In this document: piece by piece, positions 37,615 to 51,700 of the stretch
How the letters are laid out: each line of letters opens with the position of its first letter
How positions within the stretch are numbered: the first letter of the stretch is position 1
DNA from: Antedon mediterranea
Taxonomy: Eukaryota; Animalia; Echinodermata
Direction: 5' to 3'
NCBI RefSeq assembly: GCF_964355755.1
Contig: NC_092676.1
Location: forward strand, 1,493,788-1,557,787
Length of the DNA stretch: 64,000 nt
Position numbers and translations under genes: made by a program
Notes under the pieces: model-generated
Told to the model about the DNA's origin: nothing
Databases searched by the model: none
What the model saw: the letters and a program-made list of their open reading frames with translations, nothing else

Positions 37615-39768
37615 ATGTCAGAACAAAAGGCATTGCAATTTTTAGACAAAACTGATCTTGAATGTGCAATCTGTCTAGAAAGACTGACAGAACCAAAAAC
37701 ACTTGAGTGTCTCCATAGTTACTGTCTTCATTGCCTGCATAGTTTCATTGAAAAATATGGGAAAATAAAGTGTCCAAAATGCTGTAAGATGCATGATGAT
37801 GAGTTAAATCAAGTTGATTTGAAAAATCTTACTACTAATGAAATGTTAAGTTATCAGCTTGAGTATGTTAAGAAAATTGAAACTAAAAAACCACAAACAT
37901 GTTTAAGCTGTGATGATCAACCTGAATACTACTGCTCTGAATGTCAAATTTATCAATGTGGACAATGTATCCAACAGCATAAAATAATCCCTGTACTGAA
38001 AGATCACTCACTGTACACACTGGACGAAAATGATCTGCCGAATAAATGTAAATATCACAGAGATTGCATGCTTGAATTTTGTTGTAGAACTTGCACCAAA
38101 AGTGGATGCAAGAAATGTGAACATGTTCTTTGTTGTTATCAAAATGAACATAATGTGATTCCATTCAAGATTGCTGTAGATGAGTTTAATCAAAATGCTA
38201 CAAAAGTTAAACAAACTGCTGAAGAAATAAAAAAAAGTTCTGACTTTGAATCTAGAATACAGATATGCAGAACAGCAATTGATTTACAAGAAAAAAACAT
38301 TATGAAAAAGATTCAGGAGAAAAGCAGAGCAATGATGACAGATCTTGACAAAATTGAAAAAGAAAATAAAGAAGTTGTTAAGGATGTTGTTAAACAAATT
38401 GATGCAAGGTTGACAAAAGTAAATGAGATGTTGCCATTATTGAATAGAAGAAACAAACCAGATGAAACAGAAACACTTAAATCTCATGAGGCAAATATCA
38501 ATGCTTTGAATGAAGAAGTTTTGGAAGCAAATTTTGATGAATCAATTTTTAAAATAAATGTGCCTAGTTTCCTTCCATCTAAAAACTTGGATAATGTGAT
38601 AAATTTAGAAGGTATTGGTAAAATTGTGAATGTTAAAAGTGCATATGAAATTGCGGAAGGTGATGAATCTATTACAGTCACAAAGGGACAGCCATTTGAA
38701 GTGAAAGCTGTTTCAAATTCAGTAGGAAGTGATGCATCTCTATTGTCTGCCACTATATTTAATGAATCAGGTGAAGAATCGGCCATTGAAGTAAAAGACC
38801 AGGGAAGTGGAGATTACAAAGTAACAGGAAGATGCCCTAAAGAAGGAGATTGGAAGATGATGATCACTGCTAGAGGAGAACAAATCAAAGGATCACCAGT
38901 GGATATCAAGGTGGAAGCACTAGGACTTGTACACACCATTGATAACATAACAGATCTTAAAACAGATATACAAGACCTAGCAATGGATCTGAGCAATGTA
39001 GAAGATGTCATACTAGATAAAGATGGATGTATAATTGTATCTAGTCATAGTAAATATTTATTGAAGTTCAACAAAGAATATTCATTTATTGGTAAAATAG
39101 AGGTACCTGAAAATATACAGGTTGATCAGATGCATCAGATGGGTGATGGTCACATTGTGTATCCTGATACATTAAACAAAACTGTTGTCATGTGTAATGA
39201 TCAATTTCAACAAATTATTCGTACATTTTGTAAGGGAACATTAAAAGAACCACGTGGACTGGCAGTAAATAAGGAAACTAGAACAATGTATGTTGCAGAT
39301 AGTGAATGTCATTGTGTGTTTAAATTTAATGTTGGTAATGGTGCACTTCTTGGTCAAATTGGGTCATATGGTATCAAAGGCGGCTATATGAATCGACCAT
39401 ATGATGTTACACTAACAAAGGAGGGTAACTTGATAGTGACTGACAGTGGAAATCACAGAATACAAATGTTTGATGGAAATGATAAGTTTATGAGAATTCT
39501 TATATGCAGAGGTAAAGAAGATGGCCATGTTAATTTTCCAAAATATGTAGCCATAGATTCTGAAGAAAACATACTGGTATCAAGTGATAGTAAAGTACAA
39601 TTATTTGATAAAAATGGGGTTTTTATTAAACAAATACTTGGAGATAATCGCCCTGAAGGAATTGAAGTAATATCTAATCAACCAAGAAGAGTAGGTGTAT
39701 TATTAAACACGCAACCTTTAAAAGCATTTCTTATAAGCAGTAGTAAATTTACTATATATAATTATTAA
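37615..39768 (+). CDS. TRIM-NHL E3 ubiquitin ligase paralog 4, 717 aa
   Basis: Acceptor ACAG|ATG at 37615 matches the paralog starts; intact ORF with all domains. Confidence 0.92.
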   Translation: MSEQKALQFLDKTDLECAICLERLTEPKTLECLHSYCLHCLHSFIEKYGKIKCPKCCKMHDDELNQVDLKNLTTNEMLSYQLEYVKKIETKKPQTCLSCDDQPEYYCSECQIYQCGQCIQQHKIIPVLKDHSLYTLDENDLPNKCKYHRDCMLEFCCRTCTKSGCKKCEHVLCCYQNEHNVIPFKIAVDEFNQNATKVKQTAEEIKKSSDFESRIQICRTAIDLQEKNIMKKIQEKSRAMMTDLDKIEKENKEVVKDVVKQIDARLTKVNEMLPLLNRRNKPDETETLKSHEANINALNEEVLEANFDESIFKINVPSFLPSKNLDNVINLEGIGKIVNVKSAYEIAEGDESITVTKGQPFEVKAVSNSVGSDASLLSATIFNESGEESAIEVKDQGSGDYKVTGRCPKEGDWKMMITARGEQIKGSPVDIKVEALGLVHTIDNITDLKTDIQDLAMDLSNVEDVILDKDGCIIVSSHSKYLLKFNKEYSFIGKIEVPENIQVDQMHQMGDGHIVYPDTLNKTVVMCNDQFQQIIRTFCKGTLKEPRGLAVNKETRTMYVADSECHCVFKFNVGNGALLGQIGSYGIKGGYMNRPYDVTLTKEGNLIVTDSGNHRIQMFDGNDKFMRILICRGKEDGHVNFPKYVAIDSEENILVSSDSKVQLFDKNGVFIKQILGDNRPEGIEVISNQPRRVGVLLNTQPLKAFLISSSKFTIYNY

Positions 39769-40275
39769 TTGACATATTCTTTTCAATATTCTAAAAAGAA
39801 TCACTTTTCAGTCAAACTAGCAAGGAAAAAAAAAATTATCCCAATGAACAGGAACTAAGGTAATCCTCAATGAAAACCAAGAAATACTTAATAAAACTGA
39901 TATTTATTGTCATGAAACTGTATTTCAAATTAAAAGAACATGAAGTAAAAAAAAGAAATATCACACTAATATATTGTAGCAAATGTTACAAACGACAATG
40001 AAGTAAATTTGAAATGGTCAAACATGGGAAATTTTGATTTAAAATACTCTTTTTTGTTACTCCATAAGCTACACATTGATGGCAAAGTAAAAGCTTTCCA
40101 ATTTAAATAACTACACAAAATTATTTTGACAAATGAAAGGTTGTTCAGGATCAGATTAACTGAATCCAACTTGTGTTCCTTTTGTATAAAAAAAAATAAA
40201 GACCAAATACAGTAAGTGGTTAAATCTAAAAAAAAAAAACCTTGTCTGACAGAAAATGTTAATTTTTTGCTTTAA

Positions 40276-40598
40276 AGGGTTATTGTCCTCATGAAAAAAA
40301 GTTGTTTTTTTCAAATTAGTTTATTGAATATGTCATTTTAATTTTCCCTAATAGATATTCCCTTTGACCAAAAATTGGATAAAAAACAATTATTCACCTG
40401 TAATTTAAAGCAAAAAATAGCTGCCAGCCAATGGGTTTTTGATTGAATTTAACAATTTGTTTTGTCTTTTTATATTAAGTTAAAACAACATTTTTTTGTT
40501 TCTGCAAAAGTGATTCTTTATTAAAACAAAAAAATGGCCTATTCAAAATCTGATTTTATTAATCATCATTTTTCAATTTTTTCGGGAACAATACATCT
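40276..40598. mobile_element. TTAA-flanked Kolobok-like MITE, degenerate
   Basis: TTAA-AGGGTTATTGTCC ... GGAACAATACATCT-TTAA; ends related to 13736-14231. Confidence 0.5.
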
Positions 40599-41476
40599 TT
40601 AAATTACAATTTTTCCAGTAAATATTTGTTTTTTGCTATTCGATGGAATATTTTAAAATGATATTGTAGAATCACATTTGTTTCATGTTATAATGTATTA
40701 TAAATGAAAATGTCATTGTACATTATTTTATATTAGTTATTACAATTTAATTGTTCTCACCATACAATTCAATTAAGGTCTTTTTTATGTGGACAATAAT
40801 AATTACATAATAAATATATTGAAACACTAAATTTATAATCTCTTTTTCTTTCGGGATATGCCAGACATCAATTTAATACTCAACGGCAACAGCTATTGAT
40901 ACTATTATTTTAGTATTGGTTTTACCAATGTTCCTTATATGGAACTGACCAATCAGCTTCAGGAACACACAATATTAACCACAGTTAAGACTTTAGACTT
41001 ACAAATAGTCATGGACCAATGCACACTGCATTGTGAAAGGAAAACTAAGTGTGATAGGCTTATACAGAGTTTTTATTTTTTTGAAATAAAGAAAACATTT
41101 ATTCACAATAACCATGTAAAATGCTATTATACTGTGCACAGTTTTTGTAAAATTTATTATATTATATTTATTGATAAACTTATTTCGTAGGGTTTCAGCA
41201 ACGAAAGAATCTGCATAGTGAATATTTTGGAAAGTCCAATAAAGTATTTTTAGAGTGTGACATCATCACTTCCTTGAAAGTAGCTGCTCACATACATTGC
41301 ATATAGGACCTCCTCACATTTACACCACTATATTTCTAAAATTCATCTTATATTAACGTAAGTATATTATGTACATTATTTTATTGTATACTCTTTTGTT
41401 AAAGTTATTAGTAAAACATGGAGTAAAAAGCATTGCAAATACCTGTTCATTTTATTACTGTACACTATTTATGTTT

Positions 41477-43823
41477 CGCCGTGACTAAAGATACGGTACC
41501 GTATCCTAACTTCCGTTAGCTAAAGGTACGGTAAAATTGCATTACGTCATAATCAGTCAATGGGGTGCTGGTACGTGTGTGACGTCATCGTATAAGGACT
41601 TTGGATTTATTTTCATATCGCAAAAACAGTGATTTGAACTGCTTAACATTTCTTTATGTTTCATTTATCGCTATTATCGCAGTCGTGTGTGACAAAAACT
41701 AAATGTAGCCTACGTCTGTACATGTTGATTTTGGTTCTAGAATACAGAAAACCGTTTCAAAAGAGGCCTAGGCCTACTTACTACGTACTATAACCTCATT
41801 ATATGAGTTTGTTTGTGTAGAGAAAGCGGTGCCAGGCTGGGGACAGCTGCATGTACGTGTACGCTGATTTCTGTGACTCACTCAGCCCTGGGGCTACTGT
41901 CTAAATCATAGTATTTGAGGGCCCCTTAATGTCCGCATTTGCTTGTTGTTTATGGCTACGGGGGCTCTAGCCCCCTCATCGGGGAGCCTAGCCCCCCCCC
42001 GTCGGGGAACACGGGTACTTTTTGTCGGGGAATATAATATACAGTAAAAAACGTTCGCGTTCACTTCATACAGCGCCTAGAAAACCACGACGTTCCATTG
42101 ACCGTGAGAGTACGTCAGAGGGCTATTATGCACTTTTATGCATTCATTATTGCCAGCGATCTAACTTACTACTAAACATTAGCTAGGTACGCACTTGTCT
42201 GGCGGTATCCCATTGTACGAATCGTTCAACATTGGGTCGAGACGCGTGATATCAAGTTCCATCCAGGGACTGAAATGTGTAATGTAGTTATTTTCCAGGC
42301 GAAGTTTACCGACGGTTTACCGAAGGGAACACGGGTACTTTTTGTCGGGGAATATAATATACAGTAAAAAGCGTTCGCGTTCACTTCGTAGCTAGCTTCA
42401 GCACCTAGAAAACCGCGACTTTTCATTGACCGTGAGAGTACGTCAGAGTGATATTATGCACTTTATATGCATTCATTATTGCCAGCGATCTAACTTACTA
42501 CTAAACAATAGCTAGGTACGCACTTGTCTGGCGGTATCCCTTTGTACGAATCGTTCAACGTTGGGTCGAGACGCGTGATATCATGTTCCATCGGGGGACC
42601 AAAATGTGTACTGTAGTTATTTTCCAGGCAAAGTTTACCGACGGTTACGTTGTGTACTGTGTCGACGTACACTACACTACAGCAAAAAAAAATTAAGTTA
42701 ATTGTTCGTATGTTCACCAATTTTTTAATTTACAAGTAACCTTCTGTACCGTGGGGCACCTAAAATAAATGTTTCATCCATTACTAAACAAAAAAAACGT
42801 GCCATTTTCGCTTAGCAAACATCTTATTATAGCTAAGTTATTACATTTTCAATGTCCTGTATGTCATGAATTTCTCACCACTCGGAAGTCCAGATAGTAC
42901 GCACGCATACACTTGGGAGGAATAAACTTATTTCCCCGACTGAAAAAGGTCTACTTGCGTTTTTTAAGCCTCTAGGCCTGATGTTTCCAAAGTATGAAAT
43001 GCAATTTTTTGAAGACCTGCAGCTCTAGTTTTCAACATTTTCTTAGCTCATCCCCAACAATAAAGCTGGTCATATTTCGAAGTACAAGAAGTGCATTTTC
43101 CGGGACCTAACATCTCTATTTTTCAAACATTTCTTAGCTCAATCACAACCATGATAGGGATATATTTTGTTTCATGTTTTGAAGTATAATAAGTCCAATT
43201 TCCGGGACCTCCAACTCTATTTTTCTAAATTTTCTTTGAACTTTTATTTTTGAAACAGTCATCGCGCATCGTTTTTTTGCACGCAGTATTTTATTTATGC
43301 ATTATAAAAAATGGAAAAAATGGCTACCCTAAATCTGATTAAAATGACCTCAAATGACGCTAGAACGTTGCTTCCAGGGCCTTAGCCCCCTGGACCCCCA
43401 CCGGGGGCCCTTGGCGGCCCCCTGGCCCCCAGCCTAGTGATGCTCGCTTTGCTCGCATAGCCCCCTCGTCGGGGAATGTAGCCCCCGCGTCGGGAACATC
43501 CTGGCGCCACCACTGCCACCAACCACATGAACTTGCTTTATTACTAAAGCATCGACGTTGTTGCCCGTTATTAAACTTCTGGATTCAACATTTCTGGGTC
43601 TAGCCCCAGGGCTGAGTCACAGAATCAGCCCACACATCCATGCAGCCTGTTGCCGCCATAGGCATTTTCTACACAGACGCGATATGAAAAAAAATCCAAA
43701 GAGCTTATACGATGACGTCACACACGTACCAGCACCCCATTGGCTGATTATGACGTCATGCAATTTTACCGTACCTTTAGTAAGCAGAAGTTAGGATACG
43801 GTACCGTATCTTTAGCCACGGCG
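41477..43823. mobile_element. Mutator (MULE)-like non-autonomous element with nested insertion
   Basis: ~145-bp TIRs (CGCCGTGACTAAAGATACGGTACCGTATCC...); 9-bp TSD TTTATGTTT (41468-41476, 43824-43832); the paralogous site at ~58735 is empty. Contains a ~320-bp tandem duplication (starts 42005 and 42325) and a GC-rich MITE end (..GGCGCCACCACTG, ~43515). Confidence 0.82.
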
Positions 43824-44107
43824 TTTATGTTTAAGCCTGGCCCTACCTGGGATAGGATAGAGATTTAGGCAGGTTCTTTACACCCCTTATCTTAAAACAC
43901 TTCATCATACTCACACCTTATAATTAGAAAAAAGTTATAAATTTATATCTTAACTTAAGTCAATCAACTTAAATATTTGCCAATTGAAATTTATTTTATA
44001 ATTAGGGCCAAATTTATATTCTTTGCTTGTGAGTACTTTATTTGTATGTATGGCAGACAAAAAATATAGATAGTTTATAGAACATGCATTTGTTGAATTT
44101 TTTACAG

Positions 44108-46267
44108 ATGTCTAAACAAAAGGCATTACAATTTTTGGACAAACATGATCTTGAATGTGCAATCTGTCTGGAAAGACTGACAGAACCAAAAACACTTGAG
44201 TGTCTCCATAGTTACTGTCTTCATTGCCTGCAGGGTTTATTTAAAACAAGAGGCAAAATAAAATGTCCAAAATGCTGTACACTGCATGATGAGTTAAATC
44301 AAGTTGATTTGAAAGATCTTACTACCAATGAAATGTTAAGTGATCAAGTTGAGTATGTTGAGAAGATTGAATCTGAAAAACCAACAAAATGTTTAAGTTG
44401 TGATGATAATCAACCTGAATACTACTGCTCTGAATGTCAAATGTATCTATGTGGACAATGCATCCATCAGCATAAAATAATCCCTGTATTGAAAGACCAT
44501 TCATTGTACAAACTGGATAAAAATGTGGTAGATGATTTACCAAATAAATGTAAAATCCATGGAGACTGCATGCTTGAATTTTATTGCAAAACTTGTTCTA
44601 AAAGTGGATGTAAGAAATGTGAATATGTTCTTCGTTGTTATCAAAATGAACATAATGTGGTCCCATACATGATTGCTGTAGATGAGTTTAACCAAAATGC
44701 TAGAAAAGTTATAAAAACTGCTGAAGAAATTAAAGGAAAACTAAAAGCAACACGTGATACCATAACTAAAGAAAGTTCAGACTTTAAATCTCGAATACAG
44801 ATATGCAGAACAGCAATTAGATTGCAAGAAAAAAACATTATGAAAAAGATTCAGGAAAAAAGCAGAGCAATGATGACAGATCTTGACAAAATTGAAAAAG
44901 AAAATGAAGAAGTTGTTGATGATCGAGTTAAAAATATTGACTCAAAGTTAATAAAAGTTAATGAGATGTCACCATTAATTAACACAATGATGAACAAACC
45001 AGATGAAAGAGAAACACTTAAATCCCATGAGGCAAATGTCAATGTTGTTAAAGATGAAGTTTTGAAACCAAACTTTGATGAATCAATATTCAAGAAAATT
45101 ATCACACCTACTTTCATTCCAGCTAAAAACTTGGATAAAGTGATAAATTTAGATGGTATTGGTAAAATTTCAAATGCTGAATGTCCATATGAGGTTTCTG
45201 ATAAAGATAAAGAACCTATTACAGTCACAAAAGGACAGCCGTTTGAAGTGAAAGTTGTCTCAAGTTCAGTAAGAAATAAGAAATCTCACTTGTCTACCAC
45301 ATTAATTAATGAAGCAGGTGAAGAATCAATCACTACAGTGAAACATCAAGGAAGTGGAGAGTACAAAATAAAAGGAAGATGCCATAAAGAAGGAGAATGG
45401 AAGATGATGATCACCACTGGCGGTGTGCACATCAAAAGTTCACCAGTGGATATCAAGGTGGAAGCACTAGGACTTGTACATACCATTGATATAGAACAGT
45501 TTAAAATGAGTGAGCAAGTAGCAGATGTAATATTAGATAAAGATGGATGTATAATTGTATCTAGTTTTAGTAAAGATTTATTGAAGTTCAATCAAGAATA
45601 TTCATTTATTAGTAGAATAGAGGTACCAGAATATGTAAATGTTTATCGTATGCATCAAATAGGTGATGGTCACATTGTGTATAGTGACTTTTTGAACAAA
45701 AATGTTGTCATGTGTGATGATCAATTTCAACAAATTTGTACAATTGGTCAAGGAACATTAAAAGACCCACGTGGATTGACAGTGAATAAGGAAACTAGAA
45801 CCATGTATGTTGCAGACCCTGAATGTCATTGTGTGTTCAAATTTAATGTTGATAATGGCAGACTTGTTGGTAAAATAGGTTCACATGGCAGCAGAATGGG
45901 CAAAATAGATCAACCAGAAGGAGCTACCCTTACAAAGAATGGAAACTTGATTATTGCAGAATTTGGAAATAGCAGAATACAAATGTTTGATGCAAATGGC
46001 AAGTTTATAAGATTCCTTGTAGGCAGTGGTGTTGAAGATGGTTATGTTAATGGTCCTTATAACATAACCACTGATTCTGATGAAAACATGCTGGTATCAA
46101 GTTATAACAAACTACAATTATTTGATAAAAATGGAGTTTTTATCAAACGAATTGATGCTTATGGTGATTTAAATGTTCCCGGTGGATTAACCTTAATATC
46201 TAACAGACCAAGGAGGGTAGCCGTAGCAAACAAAGAAACAAAAAATGTAAAAATATATAATTATTGA
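44108..46267 (+). CDS. TRIM-NHL E3 ubiquitin ligase paralog 5, 719 aa
   Basis: Acceptor TTACAG|ATG at 44108; intact ORF with all domains, ends KIYNY. Confidence 0.92.
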   Translation: MSKQKALQFLDKHDLECAICLERLTEPKTLECLHSYCLHCLQGLFKTRGKIKCPKCCTLHDELNQVDLKDLTTNEMLSDQVEYVEKIESEKPTKCLSCDDNQPEYYCSECQMYLCGQCIHQHKIIPVLKDHSLYKLDKNVVDDLPNKCKIHGDCMLEFYCKTCSKSGCKKCEYVLRCYQNEHNVVPYMIAVDEFNQNARKVIKTAEEIKGKLKATRDTITKESSDFKSRIQICRTAIRLQEKNIMKKIQEKSRAMMTDLDKIEKENEEVVDDRVKNIDSKLIKVNEMSPLINTMMNKPDERETLKSHEANVNVVKDEVLKPNFDESIFKKIITPTFIPAKNLDKVINLDGIGKISNAECPYEVSDKDKEPITVTKGQPFEVKVVSSSVRNKKSHLSTTLINEAGEESITTVKHQGSGEYKIKGRCHKEGEWKMMITTGGVHIKSSPVDIKVEALGLVHTIDIEQFKMSEQVADVILDKDGCIIVSSFSKDLLKFNQEYSFISRIEVPEYVNVYRMHQIGDGHIVYSDFLNKNVVMCDDQFQQICTIGQGTLKDPRGLTVNKETRTMYVADPECHCVFKFNVDNGRLVGKIGSHGSRMGKIDQPEGATLTKNGNLIIAEFGNSRIQMFDANGKFIRFLVGSGVEDGYVNGPYNITTDSDENMLVSSYNKLQLFDKNGVFIKRIDAYGDLNVPGGLTLISNRPRRVAVANKETKNVKIYNY

Positions 46268-48344
46268 TTAGCACACTGTTAGTTCTTAATACAAATGATG
46301 ATTTACTAGTTTAGGATGAATTGGAAGCTAATGTTATTTTTGTAAAAATTTGTAACTAAAATATGTAAAAAAATTTTAATTAGTACTAGTAGTTGTGGTT
46401 TAAAAAAAATGTAAACATTATACTTGATGAAGTATGTGTGTGCGCTATAAAAATCTTATTATTATTTATTATTACTTAAACATTTCAATGGTTTTTTATC
46501 ATTTCTGTTTGTACAATATGTCAAATTAATTAATGGGAAAAATAAATGAACAAAAGCTTTTTTTACAAGATAGATAACATTTAGCAGTACAGCTTCAAGA
46601 ATAGTTTAGTTAAATAAAAAGTTAAATAACAATTGCTATACAATTGTTTACCTCTACTATAGTGTTATTTGGTTTATTTAAATGATTATTCATGGTACAT
46701 AAATCAACATACATACCTGTACACATGATAATCTTCTTTTTACAAATAAACTTGACAGTTTCAGCCGTTTTTTGTTGGCAGTCGTTTGTTAGAAATAGAG
46801 AGTCAACCACAACGTCAAATGCACTCTAGCTCAGCTTGTAACACTAATGGTTTGTTATAATCATAGATTATAAAATCATCTCCATATATTGAAAAGTATT
46901 TATTAAATTCAAACAGTTTCAATGTACAGCCACATTTATCAGATTCTGAGTGTTGGCGTACATAGACATCCGATTCTGACAAAAAAAATTATCAAAATTA
47001 TTATTAGTTCTTAATTAATGCTCTAAGGAATATTAAAATACATTTAACCATTCATAAACCACAAAGCTGGTTTTTGTTTTGAATATAAAGTGAATTATTG
47101 TAGCTACAGGATCAGTTACAGCAGTGGTTCATTTTGGCCACAGTAATGCCAACAAAAAAATAACATCCCTATGCAATTGTGAGTAAAGATGATGGTCACT
47201 AAAGATGAACGTCAGTAAAGCTGGCTAAAACCTTTCTACAGTATTTGATGGTTAGTAGCTTATAAATTATTAATTTAGCCCTTCACAACCAGCAACTGAA
47301 ATGACTGCAGAAAAATTATTTACATAAAAAAACTGTAATTTAAATAAAAAAATAGTCAGCTGCCAGCCAAATGAATTTTTGGTTGATTATTTAACAATTA
47401 ATTTTGTCATTTTATAAGTGAAAACATATTTTTCTGGTTTTTTTAATACAGAAGTGAATAACTTTGTTAAAATTACAAAATGGCCTATTATATTCAAAGT
47501 GTACTGCATAAAAGAAGAACATTACTTGTTATAAAGGCATTATTTGCGTTTCATACATCTGAATCCCTAGCGTTCTTCGGTCGTTCATAGATCACTTTGT
47601 TTCCAGTCAGTGGCCGAGGCTAGTCCCTTTCAACTATTACCCATCGACCGACCGAAGCCACTTTTTATTAGCCTAGCGTAACGGGCTAAATTTGTAATTG
47701 TTATAAAAGAAAATTAATTACCCAGTTTTCTTCAATATTTTCTACATTAGATGATTTATTTTTTTCCTTGCAGATATCTTTCATAACTTCACCTGCAAGA
47801 ATAAAGTTGTACAAAATAATAAATGTATTGATGATATATGATGAATAATTTATTCATATCATGTGGCCAGAAAATGTAACAAATCCTAATGGAATGCAAC
47901 TCATTTTATTCTGTATAGTTTTTATGAAACTTATAAAACTCATAATAAAACAGTTTGTTTTCACTATAAACTTTGCTGTGGATTAATTACAATGATCCAT
48001 TATGAAATTTACCATTCTGAAAATTCCAAAACATGACTCTCATAATATAATAATCTAATATACACTGTCATTTCCGAGCTATTTTTCATAGAATACAATG
48101 TCAGGATACACTGAATGGACACATTTAAACTACAGACCTGGATTTTAAGGGTAATGTAGTAAGACAGCAATATCATTGTTGTCTATAAGGTAATAGTAGA
48201 CTATGATTCATTATAGTATATACATTCTGTAGTTTTGATTGAACTTCAAATAAAATGTATAATCTAAAAAGTTTTGCATGTTTAAATGTTTAAAACATAC
48301 ACTTTGCTGTGCTTTATAAGCCATATAGCAGTTTCTAATCATCT

Positions 48345-48645
48345 ATTGAAATTGAAATTTATATTTATACTGGGTAACCTCTTCAGTCAAAGACTGGTCT
48401 CCCAGAGGTCAGTGGCTGTGATGTACTAATACACCGGGGTAACCCCCTACTCGTCTCGAAAGATGTACTAGGTTCTTTAAAGTGCACACGAGCTAGATGT
48501 GTACACTGGACCTACGGTTTATAGTCCTTATCCGAGAAGACTCGTTCTACCATCAGAACCATGGAGTGAGTGAGCATCGAATCCCTGCCGATGTTATGGC
48601 TACGTAATTACGGTTCCACTGTCTTAACCGCTCGGCCACTCACTC
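48345..48645 (-). mobile_element. tRNA-derived SINE with Nin/Deu-type conserved core
   Basis: Minus strand: A box GTGGCCGAGCGG, B-box-like GGATTCGATGC; core TTCTCGGATAAGGACTATAAACCGTAGGTCC...GTGCACTTTAAAGAACC...GAGTAGGGGGTTACCCCGGTGT resembles the recalled Deu/Nin domain; (TTTCAA)n tail. Confidence 0.75.
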
Positions 48646-48742
48646 AACACCCGTGCAATATTTTTGTCGCATAATTTTAAGATGGTCTGTACCTTCATTA
48701 AATGCCTTACGATATATTCTGGAAATTCCAAAACATTACTTT

Positions 48743-51700
48743 TTTTTTTTTTTTTTTTTTATTCAGTATATTACACAGAGGCGCCTTACAAGATGGAACC
48801 ATCTTAGCTTCAAGGCGCCTCAGATTAACAAATACAACATTTTAAAATAACTAACAGAAACATCAATTAAATCTTCCAGAATTAACAAGAAATTGTTGTA
48901 CATAATAAAATAATAAAGCATTTTCACAATTCGAAAGAAGATCGGAACCAAAAATAAAAATTTCACTTAAAAATGTAAAATTAAATGTTAAAGAAAAATC
49001 CTTGGCTAAGATATCCTCAATAATTGAGTTAGCGCTTACAAGTAGAATATCTCTTTGTGTATTATAATTAGGGCAGTAACATAAGAAATGAAGCGGATTC
49101 TCAACATTAAAGCCACAAGTACAATTTGGATTGTCCCGAAGTCCATGTAAGAATAAATGCGAATTGAGACAGCTGAAACCAAGTCGGATTCTAGTGTGAA
49201 TTTGGTTAATCTTCTTATCACCTGTATCATAATAAGAACGTTTTTTTGTTTCAAACAAATTGGATTTCAGTAGCAATTTTTTAAACTCAACAAGAAATGA
49301 GGAATTTTTTATTTCATTATTTAACTCATTCCAATGTGTTATAATAGATGGGACAAAAGATAAACGATATGATGTGGTCTTACAAAATGGAATTATTATA
49401 TTTCGGATGTTACGCAAATTATAAACTTCAATATTGTCAGAAAAATTAAATAAGGAGTAAAGATACACTGGTGTTAACTTATGAATAATTTTAAAAAACA
49501 GTATTAGGTTAAGAAATTGTCTACGTTTTTCCAATGATAACCAGCCTAATTCTTGTCTTAATGCATTATGACTTGTATGTTTCCACGCACCAGTACATAT
49601 TCTACCTGCAGAAATCTGGATATTTTCTAGTTCATCACTTAATTTAACTGGGATATTACACCAAACAGGAGCTGCATATTCCATTAATGGTCTAACGTGT
49701 GATATGTAAATGTGACAGAGAGCCTGTCGAGGTAGAATATGTTTGACACGACGTAGCATATTTAAAGATAAAGACGCTTTGTTAATTACAGATTGGATAT
49801 GGGAATCCCACTTGAGTTTTGCATTAAGCATTACACCAAGATGCCTATGATCATTTACAAATTGTAGATTTACATTATTGAAATTTAAACTAACATAGTT
49901 ATCTAAATGTTTACGTGTAAACAGTATAGCTTTCGTTTTGTTAGCATTGAATGTTACTTTCCATTTTTTTGCCCAATTATAAATGACATTAAGATCACCA
50001 TTTAATTTTTGTTCTGAAATATTACGATCTGTACAAATATCATATAACGAAGTATCATCTGCATATAAACTAATATTAGATTTGATATTATCAACCATAT
50101 CATTTATGAATACAATAAATAAAAATGGACCCAAAACAGATCCTTGGGGTACTCCTGCTGTAATGGTCACCCAAGGACTGGTAGTTCCTTCAATAATAAC
50201 ACGTTGCTCACGTGAGTTTAAGTAACTTTGGAACCATTTTAGAAGAGTGCCATTAATTCCATATTGATTTAATTTGTATATAATCCCATTATGCCAAACT
50301 TTATCGAAGGCTTTGGAAATATCCAAAAATACCGAGATTACTTCTTTCCTTAAATCTAAAGCTCTATTAAATGTATCTATAAGATAAAGAAGTTGATACG
50401 TTGTCGAGTCACCTGGTGTAAAACCAGATTGGAATTGAGTAAGAAGTTTATTATCCACAAAGTATTTATATACTATATCAAAAACTGCACGCTCAAAAAT
50501 TTTTGCAAAGTTGGAAAGTATGGATATAGGGCGGTAGTTCTCAATAAGGGATTTATTGCCTTTTTTATGCAGAGGAATGACATTTGATTTTTTCCATTCC
50601 ACAGGAAAATATCCTTGGCTTATGCAGAAGTTATAAAGCTTTGTCAAATGGGGTGCAATAATTTCAGCAGATTCTATTAGTATGATACTGTGAATTTCAT
50701 CAGGTCCCATCGCCTTGTTTTTATCCAGCATAGTTAATAATTTCATGATCTCATCAACAGATAATTTGAGAGTTGAGAGTCTCGATGCAGTTCTATATGT
50801 GAAGTCCGAAGGAAAATCATCATGATTAGGAATAAACGATTGAGATTTAAAATAATTGTTAAACGCTTTAACTTTCTCACTATTTAAAGTTAGGACATCA
50901 TCGTTTAATTTGATTGGAGGAATCTTATAATATTGTTTGGAATTACAAACTGAATTTATGGTAGACCACCAAGTTTTTGAATCACAGTTTTTATTCATTA
51001 ATAAATCAAATTGTTTATCCAAAAAAGTTTGTTTAGCTTTTCTTATTGCTTTAACAACTTTTGCGCGAATTTTCTTAAAACGTTGCATATGCGAATTTGA
51101 GTTATTTCGAGTGGAATGGGCGCGATTTCTTTTGCGAATAAGAGTTCTAATATGCGCATTAATCCAAGGCTTGTCATTAGGACGCACAGTTATAATTTTA
51201 GATATAATATAGTTATCAACACAATTATTAAATAAGTCAATCCAATTATGACAAACATCTTCAACCTTTGAAGATGAATAAACTTCTTCCCAATTTACAG
51301 AATTAAGAGCATTACGATATAAATTAAAATCAGTTTTTTCAAAAAGATATATTTTACGATTGTATGGCTTGTCCCGTGTGATACGAATATCAATATTTGC
51401 ATATACTGGACTGTGATCACAATTTAAAAGTGGGCACAATGCACCAAAATCATTAATATATACATTTTGACTAGTAACTATATGGTCAATACAAGACCGT
51501 TGGTCTTTTATACAACGTGTTGGCATATTGATGTGTTGAGTTAAACCGTTTTGTTGTAAAAATTCGTAAAATGATTTTCCAAATCTATTTGTGTTTCCAT
51601 CATTGTACCAGTTGTTATTTTGAGCATTCATATCGCCCATCATTAAAGTTAAGCTGTGTCGAGACAAAACAAAGTTATTAGTACTGTTTTGAAAATAGTC

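Noticed and set aside
46620-47000. Possible decayed LINE endonuclease fragment
   Set aside because: Too degenerate to support by eye.
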